Shown: in pieces, positions 10,310 through 20,354 of the stretch
Position numbering within the stretch: the stretch's first letter is position 1
Layout of the letters: each line of letters opens with the position of its first letter
DNA from: Pyrinomonadaceae bacterium
Lineage (GTDB): Bacteria > Acidobacteriota > Blastocatellia > Pyrinomonadales > Pyrinomonadaceae
Assembly (NCBI GenBank): GCA_046313635.1
Contig: JBKBYA010000001.1
Span: 703,471 to 767,470, forward strand
Direction: 5' to 3'
Length of the DNA stretch: 64,000 nt
Made by a program: the position numbers and the translations under genes
Notes under the pieces: model-generated
Database searches by the model: none
What the model was told of the DNA's origin: nothing
Seen by the model: only the letters and a program-made list of their open reading frames with translations

Positions 10310-10873
10310 ATGAAGAAACTGTTTTTGCCCGCGCTCCTCACGACGATCGCGCTGTCGGCAGCCGCCTACGCACAGCCTCGCCCGGCCGAAAGGTCGACGA
10401 CGCCCGCCGGCCAGTCGGCCAGCTCGGCCCCAGCGCCCGCGACATTCGCCGCCAAGTACGAGGGCGGGATGTTTGGCTACAGCGAAAAGCTGAAGGGCAC
10501 GCTCAAGTTTGACGACGCCAACGAGCGGCTCGTTTTTATCGGCGAAGACCAAAAGGAGCTGTTCGCCTTCCCGTACAGATCGGTGCTCGTCATTTATCCA
10601 CAATCGCGTTCGGTCCGCTCGACCACCGGAACGGTCGTCAGCGCCGTGCCGCTGCCCGGTGCTGGACTGGCCGGGCTGATCCGCGAAAAACGTCGATATA
10701 TGGTGATGCAGTTCTCAGATCCGGATGCGGACGTCCGCGGGGTCGTGAATTTTAAATTCGAGAATAAGGAGCTGCTCGACCAGGCCATCCGCGCGCTGGG
10801 CGAAAAGTCGGGCCTTCAGCAGCGAGGCGACGCGTACTACCGGCCGCGGACGCCGGCCAAACCCGCGATCTAA
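10310..10873 (+). CDS. Hypothetical secreted protein
   Basis: Signal peptide MKKLFLPALL...AYA-Q; GGAG upstream. Confidence 0.75.
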   Translation: MKKLFLPALLTTIALSAAAYAQPRPAERSTTPAGQSASSAPAPATFAAKYEGGMFGYSEKLKGTLKFDDANERLVFIGEDQKELFAFPYRSVLVIYPQSRSVRSTTGTVVSAVPLPGAGLAGLIREKRRYMVMQFSDPDADVRGVVNFKFENKELLDQAIRALGEKSGLQQRGDAYYRPRTPAKPAI

Positions 10874-11589
10874 CGGAGATCGCCGAATCTATTTTGCAGC
10901 AGGGCCGAGATCGCGATCGACGCGGTCTCGGCCCTCAGTATTCGCCCGCCGAGCGTGACGATGCGAACGCCCGCGGCGACCGCCGCGTCAAGCTCGGAGT
11001 CGTCCCAACCGCCTTCGGGACCGATAAAGGCGATCATCTTTCCCGACCCCGTGACCGAATCGAGCGGCGAGCCGCCGCGTTCGGAGAAGAGAAGTCTTGC
11101 CGCCGCCCGATCGTCGTCGAGCGCCGGCTGCAAATCGGTCGGCTCATCGACCGCCGTAAGCGTCGCGCGGCCCGATTGCTTGGCGGCCTCGAGCGCGATC
11201 CTGCGCCAGCGTTCGACGCGGCCGGTCGAGCCTTTGAGCTTGACGTCGCCGCGACGCGTGACGAGCGGAACGATGCGGCGAATGCCGAGCTCGACCGCTT
11301 TTTGCACGACAAGATCGAACTTTTCGCCCTTCAGTATCGCCGCCGCGAGCGTCAGATCGAGCGGCGACTCGGGCGCCGCCGGAGCGACGCGTTCGACCAA
11401 ACGGACCGTCGCCGAGCGTCGGCCTGCCTCGACGATCTCGCAGACAAACTCGCCGCCCTCGCCGTCAAAGACGTATATCCTTTCGCCCGCCTTCAGACGA
11501 AGCACGTCGCGAAGATGGCGGGCTTCGTCGTCCGCGAGAGTGACCGTATCGGCCGCGAATTTATCTCTCGGTGCGTAAAACCTGTGCAT
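10870..11589 (-). CDS. rsmE: 16S rRNA m3U1498 methyltransferase
   Basis: 'HLRDVLRL', 'QKAVELG', 'EAAKQSGR', 'IGPEGGW', 'LGGRILRAETA'. Confidence 0.95.
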   Translation of the reverse strand: MHRFYAPRDKFAADTVTLADDEARHLRDVLRLKAGERIYVFDGEGGEFVCEIVEAGRRSATVRLVERVAPAAPESPLDLTLAAAILKGEKFDLVVQKAVELGIRRIVPLVTRRGDVKLKGSTGRVERWRRIALEAAKQSGRATLTAVDEPTDLQPALDDDRAAARLLFSERGGSPLDSVTGSGKMIAFIGPEGGWDDSELDAAVAAGVRIVTLGGRILRAETASIAISALLQNRFGDLR

Positions 11590-11594
11590 CGTCT

Positions 11595-12158
11595 CTATCC
11601 GTTGTCGTTGCCAAAGACCTTTTTGAATTCACTCGACGCCCGCCGCAGCCTGATCCAGTTTTGCCAGAGCTCGGGCGTCTGCAGCCAGATCGTCAGCCAT
11701 TGAGCGATCTCGGCGTCGCGCCGGCGCTCGGCCGCGGGACGCGAGCGCGGCGCGGCAAGAAGCTTCTTTTTTGCCTCGATCGCGTGTGAACGCAGCTCGC
11801 GAAGCGCGTCGCGCTCGTTGTCGGCCGCGAGACTTCGACGCCGAGCCTCGAGCGAGTCGATCGTGCGGACCGCCGCGTCGAACGACTCAAAATTCATCAG
11901 ACTCTCGACCGACCTCGCTTCGCCGATCTCGGCCTCGCGACGTATGACCCAGAGCTGCATTATCTCGGCGTGCCGCAGCACCGCGCCCTCGTCGGCCAGC
12001 AGCCGTGCGATACGCATCGGCGATTCGACGGCGGCCCGGCCAAAGCGGCCTTCGACCGCCGACTCGATCGCTTCGATCTCGGCCGCGCCGACGCTCTCGC
12101 AGTCGAGCTTTTCCCAAACCTCGATCATCAGGTCGTGCTTTGTGCGTGACTGCCACAT
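11595..12158 (-). CDS. Hypothetical protein
   Basis: 187-aa ORF co-oriented and tightly packed within the minus-strand gene run. Confidence 0.7.
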   Translation of the reverse strand: MWQSRTKHDLMIEVWEKLDCESVGAAEIEAIESAVEGRFGRAAVESPMRIARLLADEGAVLRHAEIMQLWVIRREAEIGEARSVESLMNFESFDAAVRTIDSLEARRRSLAADNERDALRELRSHAIEAKKKLLAAPRSRPAAERRRDAEIAQWLTIWLQTPELWQNWIRLRRASSEFKKVFGNDNG

Positions 12159-12181
12159 CGCTAGGAAAAGGCCGGGAAAGG

Positions 12182-12679
12182 TCAGCCGCGTTCGCCGATG
12201 CGGCGGATCAGTTCGGTGGACGAGTGATCTTTAGGATCGCCGACGATCGCCACCCGGCCGCCGCATTCGCGGACGATCTCTCGCTCGGGCACCGAGTCGA
12301 CGGTGTAATCGGTGCCCTTTGCATGAAAGTCCGGCCGGATCGCGCGGATCAGCTCTTCAACCGTCGGCTCGTCAAAGATCGTGACCGCATCGACGCACCT
12401 GAGCGCGGCGACGATCTCGGCGCGTTCCCGCTCGTCGATGTACGGGCGGCCTTCGCCTTTGAGCCCGCGTACCTGGCGGTCCGAGTTGATGCCGACGACA
12501 AGAAAGCCTCCGAGCGACTTTGCTCCGACGAGATATCGGACGTGGCCCGCGTGAAACAGGTCAAAGCAGCCGTTTGCGAGGATAATGGCCCTGCCGCGCG
12601 AACGCTCGCCGGCAACAAGGGCCGACAGCTCTCTGCGGTCGAGCACGGGGGCGGCGAGATCTTGCAGCTCGGTGCTCAT
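12182..12679 (-). CDS. Heptose 1-phosphate adenylyltransferase (RfaE/HldE domain II, stand-alone)
   Basis: '[15 protein letters not shown]', 'GINSD', 'KGEGRP', 'KGTDY', 'HSSTELI'. Confidence 0.9.
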   Translation of the reverse strand: MSTELQDLAAPVLDRRELSALVAGERSRGRAIILANGCFDLFHAGHVRYLVGAKSLGGFLVVGINSDRQVRGLKGEGRPYIDERERAEIVAALRCVDAVTIFDEPTVEELIRAIRPDFHAKGTDYTVDSVPEREIVRECGGRVAIVGDPKDHSSTELIRRIGERG

Positions 12680-13677
12680 GCTCCGGCCTCCCCGGCCGCG
12701 AGGTCGCCGCCTGAGAGCGACGCCGACAGCTCTTCGGCCGAGACGGCCGCGGTGCCGCGCTTCATTACGACGATGCCGGCCGCGTGATTTGCGATCGAGG
12801 CGGCGAGCCGCGGAGCGAGTCCCGACGCGAGGGCAAGCGAATACGCGGCGATCACGGTGTCGCCGGCGCCGGTCACGTCGACGGGAACTTTGGAGCCGAT
12901 CGCCGGCATAACGAGCGGCTCGCCGCCGGACTCGACGAGGACCGTTCCTTTGTTGCCGCAGGTGACGAGCAATGTCTCGAGCTGCAGCCGCTCGCGAAGC
13001 TCCTCACCGTCGCCGGGCGTGAATTCGCGGCCCAGGATCTGCTCGGCCTCTTCCTGATTGGGCGTCGCGCTAGTCGCCCCGGCAAATTCCGGGAGCCGTG
13101 AACGCGAGTCCGCAATGAGCGGAACGCCGCGCGACGCGGTGATCTCGCGAGCGATCTCAAACAGACCGCGCGTCGCCGCTCCGTAGTTGTAATCCGAAAA
13201 GATGACCGCGTCGGCCGTCTCGCACGCCGCACGCACCTTGCCCTCGAGCTCGGCTCGGATCTCGTCGTCAAGTTCATTCGAGCTCTCGTAATCGATGCGT
13301 ATAACCTGCTGCCGCGGAGCATAATGACGGCCGGCGAGAACGCGGACCTTGGTCGTCGTCGCCGCGGATGCGGAATGGACTAGATGATCGTCCGGCACGC
13401 CGCCGCTTCGAAGCGCCGCGCGCAGCATTTCGCCGTTTGGATCGCGGCCGACGATGCCCACGAGCAGCGGCACTCCGCCGAGTGAGGCGACGTTCACGGC
13501 CGCATTGGCGGCCCCGCCCGGGCGTGTGACGGTCTCGTCGTGGCGAAGGATAAAGACGGGAGCTTCGCGAGAGATGCGTGAGATGGTCCCGTTAAGGAAT
13601 TGGTCGGCAACGACGTCGCCGATAACAGCGATGCGCCTGCCGCGGAGTCGGTCGATTGAAAGGGCGAGATTCTCCAT
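12676..13677 (-). CDS. Heptose 7-phosphate kinase (RfaE/HldE domain I, PfkB family)
   Basis: '[17 protein letters not shown]', 'PGGAANAA', 'DVTGAGDTV'. Confidence 0.9.
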   Translation of the reverse strand: MENLALSIDRLRGRRIAVIGDVVADQFLNGTISRISREAPVFILRHDETVTRPGGAANAAVNVASLGGVPLLVGIVGRDPNGEMLRAALRSGGVPDDHLVHSASAATTTKVRVLAGRHYAPRQQVIRIDYESSNELDDEIRAELEGKVRAACETADAVIFSDYNYGAATRGLFEIAREITASRGVPLIADSRSRLPEFAGATSATPNQEEAEQILGREFTPGDGEELRERLQLETLLVTCGNKGTVLVESGGEPLVMPAIGSKVPVDVTGAGDTVIAAYSLALASGLAPRLAASIANHAAGIVVMKRGTAAVSAEELSASLSGGDLAAGEAGA

Positions 13678-13716
13678 CGGTAAACCAAAAAAGTACAACA
13701 CAGAACGGAGACAAAC

Positions 13717-13747
13717 AAAAAGGGCCGAAGACGCGTGTCTTCGGCCC
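13717..13747 (-). terminator. Rho-independent terminator
   Basis: Minus strand GGGCCGAAGAC-ACGC-GTCTTCGGCCC-TTTTT. Confidence 0.75.
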
Positions 13748-13773
13748 GTCGGGTCTTTTGTTCCGGCTCGCGA

Positions 13774-14757
13774 TCAGTGGCTGTCGTAGCCCGCGATCGG
13801 GAAGTCGCTCGGAGCTCCCCACGTAACGCCGCTCATCACGCCGTCGATGCTGCGGCGAAAGTAGAAAGTGCCGTTCGAATCGCGCCACACGGCGATGTCG
13901 GTCTTGCCGTCGCCGTCGTAGTCGTTCTGCGTCGTGAGGTCGGTTCCCGTATCGCCAAAGCCGGTGGCGATAAAGTTGCCGTCCGAGCTCTTCAGTATGT
14001 ACCAGATGAGCGGCGAGGTTGCGGTCGAGCCCTCGCGGACAACCGCAAGATCAGCCTTACCGTCACCGTCGTAGTCGCCCGGTACCACGAGATCGGTCCC
14101 GATGCCCCAAGGCGTCACGGTCAGACCGGCGTCGGAGCTGCGATAGATGTAAAACAAAGCCTGCGCTGCCGGCGTGGCTCCGAGCCGCTGCACAGCGAGG
14201 TCGGTCTTGCCGTCGCCGTCGTAGTCGGCCGGGACGGCGTAGTCATTGGCGATGCCAAAGGTGCCGCCCATCAAATTGCCGTCGACCGAGCGCAGGATGT
14301 ACCAGACAAGCTGACCGTTGGTGCGGCGGACCACGGCAAGATCCGTCTTGCCGTCACCATCATAATCGCGGCCGACCGGCTCATCGCCTGTAATGCCGAA
14401 CGAGGCGGCTGCAAAGGTGTTATTCGAACTATTGAGCCTGTACCACACGCCCGTCGTATCGCGCCAGACCGAGATATCGCCCTTGCCGTCGCCGTCAAAG
14501 TCGCCCGGTGCCATCCAGTCCTCGTTGGCGATGCCGAAATTCTGAAAGGTGACTCCGCCGCCGCTCTTCAGGATGTACCAGGTGTTGTTGCTCGGCCGGA
14601 ATACCGAAAAGTCGGCCTTGCCGTCGCCATCGGTATCGACCGCACGGCGGAGCTTGATATTGCCCGAGCCGGGCTGAGCGGCCACAGAACCGGCCAAAAG
14701 CGCGATCGCCATCAAAAGAAGGCCGAATCTACCGGACGTCGTCAAAAATCTATTCAT
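13774..14757 (-). CDS. Secreted FG-GAP/VCBS repeat protein
   Basis: Six 'DxDGDGKxDxxVxR' repeats; signal peptide. Confidence 0.9.
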   Translation of the reverse strand: MNRFLTTSGRFGLLLMAIALLAGSVAAQPGSGNIKLRRAVDTDGDGKADFSVFRPSNNTWYILKSGGGVTFQNFGIANEDWMAPGDFDGDGKGDISVWRDTTGVWYRLNSSNNTFAAASFGITGDEPVGRDYDGDGKTDLAVVRRTNGQLVWYILRSVDGNLMGGTFGIANDYAVPADYDGDGKTDLAVQRLGATPAAQALFYIYRSSDAGLTVTPWGIGTDLVVPGDYDGDGKADLAVVREGSTATSPLIWYILKSSDGNFIATGFGDTGTDLTTQNDYDGDGKTDIAVWRDSNGTFYFRRSIDGVMSGVTWGAPSDFPIAGYDSH

Positions 14758-14973
14758 TGTTTTACCTGCTATCTACTGCTTTGTACCGAAGGAGTCCCGC
14801 CGCGGACCGCGGCCAGGGAACCTCGAATATACTATCGCGAATCGCCAAAAAGCAACCGATTTGACCGTGTCCGGCGACCGCTGACGACTCCAAGAAAGTT
14901 GGCGGTACCGGTCATTAGACGATCAGTAATAAATAAAAGTCGAAAGTACCGCAAATTTCGCTTATCGTCCGAA

Positions 14974-16512
14974 CTAGTTAGTAGACTGACCGACCGTTAT
15001 GGTTTGCCCCGCGACCGAGACGGAGCCTGTCCGCGACCGCGTCAGGCTAAATGCGACGCGGAACGTGACGGTGCCGCTTCCGCTCAACGCGTCGGGCCCG
15101 ATCACCTTGATCCAGGGCACGCTGCTCCTGGCCGCGTAGTCGCAGTTCGGGCCCGCGGCCACCGCGACGCTAAATACGCCGCCCTTGCGTTTTACGCTGA
15201 CCGAGTTTGTCGCGAGCCCAAAGGTGCAAACCGTCTGGTTTTGTATCGCGGCCGCAGCATTCAGCCGTCCGCCCGTCCTGACCAGGCCTGACCAGGCTGC
15301 CAGCGGATCGACCGTATTCAATAGCGTCGCCTTTAGAGACGCGGCCGATAGGCTCGGGTTGGCCGCCGCGAGCAGGGCGGCCGCACCTGTGACGTGCGGA
15401 GCAGCCATCGAAGTGCCGCTCGACAGGCCGTAGCTTGAATTTGATCCCGCGGTCGTACTGAGTATCCCGGATCCCGGCGCCGCAAGGTCCACGCTCACCG
15501 CACCGTAGCTCGAAAAACTAGAGCGGGCGTCGGTGGATGTAGACGACGCGACCGCGACGATGCTCGGCGACGTGTAGGTCGACGGGTAATTAGGGTTAGC
15601 GGCGGTATCGTTGTTTGCGTTATTGTTGCCGGCGGCAAAGACGTTGAGCACGCCCGCGTCGCCGAGAGCGTCGATCGCGTCCTTGGTCGCCTGGTCGTAG
15701 CCGCACGCTTCGGTGCAGCCGCCGTACGAGTTGTTGGTCGCCCTGATGTTGACGCCGCGCAGCTTCATCATCCGCACGTAGTTGTAGGCGTTGATGAGCT
15801 GTGCGGACGTCGTGTCGTTGGCCGCCGCGCTGTATATCTTGATCGCCATCAGGCGGACGTTCCAATTGACGCCGACCACGCCGAGGGCGTTATTGCCGAC
15901 GGCCCCGATCGTGCCGGCGGTATGTGTCCCGTGGCCGTGCTCGTCCATCGGATCGGGGTCGTTGTAGCGAAAGTCGTAGCCGTAATAATCGTCTGCAAAG
16001 CCGTTGCCGTCATCGTCGACGCCGTTGCCGGGGATCTCACCCGGATTGGTCCACATATTTGCGGCGAGGTCCTCGTGCGTGTACCGGATGCCGGTGTCGA
16101 TATTCGCCACGACGACGCTCGAGCTGCCGGTCGTGACGTCCCACGCGGCGGCGGCCGAGATCCGGGCCAGGCCGTAAAGCTCGTTAGAAACGAAGCGTGG
16201 ATCGTTTGGCGTGACAAGCAGGTGATAGTAGAAGTTTGGCTGGGCGGCCTCGATCTGCGGGTCGTCGGCAAAGCGCCGAAGCTCATCCTCGACCGCGAGT
16301 CCGTCTGGGAGCTTGATGCGGACCCAGCCGAGATCGCCAAGCTGCTCGATCATCGCCGCGCTGCGGCCTCTGAGAGCTCTGATCCGATCTGCTCCTGGCC
16401 GAAACTTGACGAGCAGCTCGCCCTCGACACGCGACTCGGGCTTGCCCTGAGCGGCGGCTCCGGCGGACACGATCAAAGAAACCAGAACGATGATCAGACT
16501 CTTAAGCTTCAT
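14974..16512 (-). CDS. Subtilisin-like S8 serine peptidase with C-terminal BACON-like domain
   Basis: Triad motifs 'IDTG', 'HGTHTAG', 'GTSMAAPHV'; signal peptide. Confidence 0.92.
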   Translation of the reverse strand: MKLKSLIIVLVSLIVSAGAAAQGKPESRVEGELLVKFRPGADRIRALRGRSAAMIEQLGDLGWVRIKLPDGLAVEDELRRFADDPQIEAAQPNFYYHLLVTPNDPRFVSNELYGLARISAAAAWDVTTGSSSVVVANIDTGIRYTHEDLAANMWTNPGEIPGNGVDDDGNGFADDYYGYDFRYNDPDPMDEHGHGTHTAGTIGAVGNNALGVVGVNWNVRLMAIKIYSAAANDTTSAQLINAYNYVRMMKLRGVNIRATNNSYGGCTEACGYDQATKDAIDALGDAGVLNVFAAGNNNANNDTAANPNYPSTYTSPSIVAVASSTSTDARSSFSSYGAVSVDLAAPGSGILSTTAGSNSSYGLSSGTSMAAPHVTGAAALLAAANPSLSAASLKATLLNTVDPLAAWSGLVRTGGRLNAAAAIQNQTVCTFGLATNSVSVKRKGGVFSVAVAAGPNCDYAARSSVPWIKVIGPDALSGSGTVTFRVAFSLTRSRTGSVSVAGQTITVGQSTN

Positions 16513-16641
16513 TTGCCGAGGTTATACTGCGTCGCGGACACAGTGCCGCAGGCGAGCGTCAAAAGACAAGGCTCTCTGAAAATACTAAGAAAAACGTTTG
16601 AGTGGAAGCCGATCAGAAAGCGGTCGAACCGGAAGGTAATA

Positions 16642-16718
16642 TGGGGCGGCTAGTGGGATTCGAACCCACGACATCCTGAACCACAATCAGGCGCTCTAAC
16701 CGCTGAACTATAGCCGCC
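16642..16718 (-). tRNA. tRNA-His (GTG)
   Basis: G-1 plus GCGGCTA/TAGCCGC acceptor stem, GTG anticodon, GTTCGAATC T-loop, encoded CCA. Confidence 0.95.
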
Positions 16719-16731
16719 ATATTTCAATTTG

Positions 16732-16809
16732 GGATCTTGGATCGCGGATCGTGGAAGTGAAAGCCTTGCGATCGGGCAATCCGCAATCCGCAATCCGAAT
16801 TCCGCAATC
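16732..16809. repeat. Inverted 7-bp tandem-repeat element between the two tRNAs
   Basis: (GGATCGC)-like x3-4, spacer, (CAATCCG) x4-5. Confidence 0.7.
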
Positions 16810-16814
16810 AATTT

Positions 16815-16888
16815 CGCCCCCGGCACGACTCGAACGTGCGACCCACAGCTTAGAAGGCTGTTGCTCTATCCGGCTGAGCTACGGGAGC
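16815..16888 (-). tRNA. tRNA-Arg (TCT)
   Basis: GCTCCCG/CGGGGGC acceptor stem, ACAGC-CT-TCT-AA-GCTGT anticodon arm, GTTCGAGTC T-loop; CCA not encoded. Confidence 0.95.
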
Positions 16889-16932
16889 ATATCAAAAGCA
16901 AGTTCCAAGTTTAGCCACGGCTTGCCCGATAG

Positions 16933-17052
16933 TCAAACAAGTTTCAGCAGCCTGAGGACGACAAAAACGAGCAGTCCGATCGCCGCCGGGCCGGCCGAAA
17001 AAGCGACCATCCACCAGGCCTCGTTCCTGAAATTGAATCTAAGCCGCCGCAT
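16933..17052 (-). CDS. Putative 39-aa single-pass membrane peptide (not in ORF track)
   Basis: MRRLRFNFRNEAWWMVAFSAGPAAIGLLVFVVLRLLKLV*; start overlaps the cmk 3' end. Confidence 0.5.
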   Translation of the reverse strand: MRRLRFNFRNEAWWMVAFSAGPAAIGLLVFVVLRLLKLV

Positions 17053-17716
17053 TGTTCGCGCCGCGTATCACGCCGATCATCTGGTCAAAAACCTCGGTCA
17101 GGTCGAGCTCGCTCGTGTCGATCACGATCGCGTCATCGGCGATCGTGAGCGGCGAATCCTTGCGCGAGACGTCGCGCTCGTCGCGCTGGTTGATCTCGTC
17201 GAGCGTCTGCTCGTAGGTCGACTCTCGGCCTCGTGCCTTGTCCTCCTCGTAGCGGCGGCGGGCGCGGGCCTCGGGCTTGGCGGTGAGAAAGAATTTGAAG
17301 TCCGCATTCGGAAACACCACGCTGCCGATATCGCGGCCCTCGAGCACGCATCCATTCGGAGCCGACCGGCCGATCGCACGCTGGTGATCGACCATCACGC
17401 GGCGAACCTCAGAAATGGTCGAGACGACCGAGGCGGCCTGCGCGACCTCGAGCGTTCGGATGTCGGTCGTGACGTCGTCGCCGTCGAGCAGGACGGTCAT
17501 CGAGTCGGGCTCGCCGACGAGATCGATCCTCGCGGTTTCGGCGATCTCGGCGATCTTTTCGTTTTGCGTGAGATCGACATTTCGCCGCAAGACCGAGAGA
17601 GCGACGGCGCGGTACATCGCGCCCGTGTCGAGGTAGAGCAGGCCGAGCCGCTTGGCCAGCATCTTGCCGAGAGTTGACTTGCCGGCGCCTGACGGGCCGT
17701 CGATGGCGATGATCAT
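17039..17716 (-). CDS. cmk: Cytidylate kinase
   Basis: 'IAIDGPSGAGKST', 'LDTGAMYRA', 'EGRDIG'. Confidence 0.97.
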   Translation of the reverse strand: MIIAIDGPSGAGKSTLGKMLAKRLGLLYLDTGAMYRAVALSVLRRNVDLTQNEKIAEIAETARIDLVGEPDSMTVLLDGDDVTTDIRTLEVAQAASVVSTISEVRRVMVDHQRAIGRSAPNGCVLEGRDIGSVVFPNADFKFFLTAKPEARARRRYEEDKARGRESTYEQTLDEINQRDERDVSRKDSPLTIADDAIVIDTSELDLTEVFDQMIGVIRGANNAAA

Positions 17717-18066
17717 TTCGATTCGAGGCCCTTGCGCACTTTAGCCGGAAGCTTTCCGCGGACCATTTTGTATGAGTTCGAGATTAATTGTTCGAGCTCA
17801 CCTTCGGCAAGCGCGTTAGGGGCCGATACCGTGACCCAGTGATACCGCGCGACGTAGGCGGCGGGCTCGACACCGTTGCGTTCGGTGAGCTCGGCAAATT
17901 TCTCCGGCGTGCATTTGAACGAGATCTTACCGGCATCGGCGTCACCCAGCCCGGTGACGCAGTACATCTTGCCGCCGATCGAGAAGCAGAGATCGTTTCC
18001 CCACTTTACGTCCTCGGTCGTGTGCGGCAGGGCGAGGCAAAACTCTCTCAATTCTTCAGTGTTCAT
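17713..18066 (-). CDS. MmcQ/YjbR family DNA-binding protein
   Basis: 'FCLALP..TEDVKWG..LCFSIGGKM', 'PAAYVARYHWV'; ATG at 18066. Confidence 0.85.
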   Translation of the reverse strand: MNTEELREFCLALPHTTEDVKWGNDLCFSIGGKMYCVTGLGDADAGKISFKCTPEKFAELTERNGVEPAAYVARYHWVTVSAPNALAEGELEQLISNSYKMVRGKLPAKVRKGLESK

Positions 18067-18091
18067 TCGAACTTTTGCGCCTGTCGGTTTT

Positions 18092-18147
18092 CTCTGCGGC
18101 TTTGCGGCTCCGCGGGATTTTTCCCGCAAAGTCGCAGAGTCGCCGAG
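18092..18147. repeat. Inverted 8-bp tandem-repeat element
   Basis: (CTTTGCGG)-like x3, then (CCGCAAAG)-like x3; left arm recurs at 28049-28072. Confidence 0.7.
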
Positions 18148-18165
18148 AGAGAGAAAAAAAAGTGA

Positions 18166-19197
18166 TCATGCGACGGCCGATCGCAGGGCCGAGATCGTCG
18201 TCTCGATGCCCTCGGCCGTCACATCGCAGTGCGTCACCATCCTGATTGCGCTGCCGAAGCCGATCGCGAGGACGCCATCTTCCTTTAACGCCGCGCAGAT
18301 CTCGCCCGACGTCTTGCCGGTGCCGGAGATATCGAAGATGACGATATTCGTGACGACCTTTTCGAGATCGATCTCGACGCCCGGAAGTTCGGCGATGCCT
18401 TCCGCGAGGCGGCGGGCGTTGGCGTGGTCCTCGTGCAGGCGTTTTGGCGACTCTTCGAGAGCTATCAGCCCGGCCGCGGCGACGATGCCGGCCTGCCGCA
18501 TCCCGCCGCCGAGGCGTTTGCGCCAAATGCGAGCTTCCTGAATAAACTCTTTCGACCCGAGCAGCACCGACCCGATCGGAGCGCCGAGCCCTTTCGACAA
18601 ACAGAACTGTACCGAGTCGCACTTGCGGGTGAGCTCAGCGACCGAAGTTTCAAGCGCGGCCGCGGCATTGAAGATGCGCGCACCGTCCATATGCACCGGC
18701 AGATTCAACGCGTGGGCGCGGTCGCAGACGTCGGCGCAGTGCTCCGCCGTCATCACGCTGCCGCCGGCGAAGTTATGCGTATTCTCGAGACAGATCAAAC
18801 CGGTCGGCGACGAATAGTAGGGAAGGTCGATATGCAGCGCCGCCGCGATCTCGTCCCACGTCAGATGTCCCGAGCCGTCGCTGCTCCTGACCGGCCGGAC
18901 CATCACGCTCGAAACGGCTGCCGGCCCGCCCATCTCGTAATTGAAGATGTGCCCGCGCTCCTCGATGACGATCTCCTGTCCGGGTTTAGTGTGTAGCTTG
19001 ACGGCGATCTGATTGCCCATCGAGCCGGTTGGCACAAAGAGAGCGGCCTCTTTTTCAAAGATCTCGGCCGCGCGCTGCTGCAGGCGATTGACGGTCGGGT
19101 CCTCGCCATAGACGTCGTCGCCGACCTCGGCCGCCGCCATCGCGGCGCGCATCTGCGGTGTGGGTTTGGTGACGGTGTCGCTTCTGAGGTCGATCAT
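18166..19197 (-). CDS. ltaE: Low-specificity L-threonine aldolase
   Basis: 'DLRSDTVT', 'VGDDVYGED', '[10 protein letters not shown]', 'CLSKGLGAP'. Confidence 0.95.
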   Translation of the reverse strand: MIDLRSDTVTKPTPQMRAAMAAAEVGDDVYGEDPTVNRLQQRAAEIFEKEAALFVPTGSMGNQIAVKLHTKPGQEIVIEERGHIFNYEMGGPAAVSSVMVRPVRSSDGSGHLTWDEIAAALHIDLPYYSSPTGLICLENTHNFAGGSVMTAEHCADVCDRAHALNLPVHMDGARIFNAAAALETSVAELTRKCDSVQFCLSKGLGAPIGSVLLGSKEFIQEARIWRKRLGGGMRQAGIVAAAGLIALEESPKRLHEDHANARRLAEGIAELPGVEIDLEKVVTNIVIFDISGTGKTSGEICAALKEDGVLAIGFGSAIRMVTHCDVTAEGIETTISALRSAVA

Positions 19198-19283
19198 TCG
19201 GACTCAAATTTAGCCCAGCCTTTGACATTGCTCAAACGATACCGATAAATTGGTCGGCCTAATCCACAAAAGGAGGAAAGAGC

Positions 19284-19745
19284 ATGACAAACGTTAAGCC
19301 CGTTCCGGACGGTTACACCGGGATCACACCCTACCTCATCTGCCGCAACGCAGAGGCCGCGATCGACTTTTACAAGCGGGCATTTGGCGCGGAAGAGCTG
19401 TTTCGCATCGGCGGGCCGGGAATGGTCGGTCATTGCGAGATGCGCATCGCCGGGCGGGCGATATTCATGCTCGCAGACGAGTTTCCGCCGCTTGCCCTAA
19501 GCCCGGAATCGACGGGAGGCTCGCCGGTCAGTTTGTACATTTATGTCGACGATGTTGACGCCTTTGCCGAAAAGGCGGTCGCCGAAGGGTTAGAGTTGCT
19601 GAAGCCTGTCGCCGACCAATTCTACGGCGATCGTTCGGGGCATTTTCGCGATCCCTTCGGGCACCTGTGGGGCTTTGCTACGCACAAAGAAGATCTGACT
19701 CCAGAGGAGCTTAACCAGCGGGCTCAGGCCGCACACGGCGGCTAG
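19284..19745 (+). CDS. VOC/glyoxalase (PhnB-like) protein
   Basis: AGGAGG RBS; 'AIDFYKRAFGA', 'DQFYGDRSG...DPFGHLW'. Confidence 0.9.
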   Translation: MTNVKPVPDGYTGITPYLICRNAEAAIDFYKRAFGAEELFRIGGPGMVGHCEMRIAGRAIFMLADEFPPLALSPESTGGSPVSLYIYVDDVDAFAEKAVAEGLELLKPVADQFYGDRSGHFRDPFGHLWGFATHKEDLTPEELNQRAQAAHGG

Positions 19746-20212
19746 GCGGCGCCGGCCTTCGAGCTCTCTTCGCGTTCGATCTCGGCGATCTTGTCGACGC
19801 GCTTTTGGTGGCGGCCGGCCTCGAAGTCGGCCTTGAACCACGCGTCGACGATCTTTGGGATATTGCCTTCCGGCGTCGTTCGGGCGCCGATGGCGAGGAC
19901 GTTGGCGTCGTTGTGGCGGCGGGCGAGCTCGGCCGTCTCCTCGTTCCACGCGACGGCGGCGCGGACGCCCGGGACCTTGTTCGCGGCGATCGCCATTCCG
20001 ATGCCCGACCCGCAAACCAGCAATCCCTGGTCGTACCTGCCCGAGGCGACGGCCTCGCCGACCTTTTTGGCGTAGTCTGGATAATCGACCGAGTCGGTCG
20101 AGACCGTCCCAAAGTCGTCGTAGGCGACGCCCATTTCGTCGAGCTGTTTCTTGATCTTTTCTTTTTGTTCAAACCCCGCGTGGTCGGCGGCGATAGCGAT
20201 CTTTTTGGTCAT
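19742..20212 (-). CDS. rpiB: Ribose-5-phosphate isomerase B
   Basis: 'ADHAG', 'CGSGIG', 'ANKVPG', 'HNDANVL', 'GRHQKR'. Confidence 0.95.
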   Translation of the reverse strand: MTKKIAIAADHAGFEQKEKIKKQLDEMGVAYDDFGTVSTDSVDYPDYAKKVGEAVASGRYDQGLLVCGSGIGMAIAANKVPGVRAAVAWNEETAELARRHNDANVLAIGARTTPEGNIPKIVDAWFKADFEAGRHQKRVDKIAEIEREESSKAGAA

Positions 20213-20354
20213 AGCGGCTGTACCTCGAATCATCATTCTACTCGCGCCTCTCGGCCGGTTAAAAGTTTGTGGGGAACGCCGGGCCCGAGTTGCGTCATCA
20301 ATAGGTTGTTCTGCCGCGAAGCAAGGCAATATAATCTAGCCGACCACCGGTCTG

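Noticed and set aside
16642..16888. tRNA-targeted prophage or island
   Set aside because: No adjacent integrase and no duplicated tRNA 3' end noticed; flanking genes look chromosomal.
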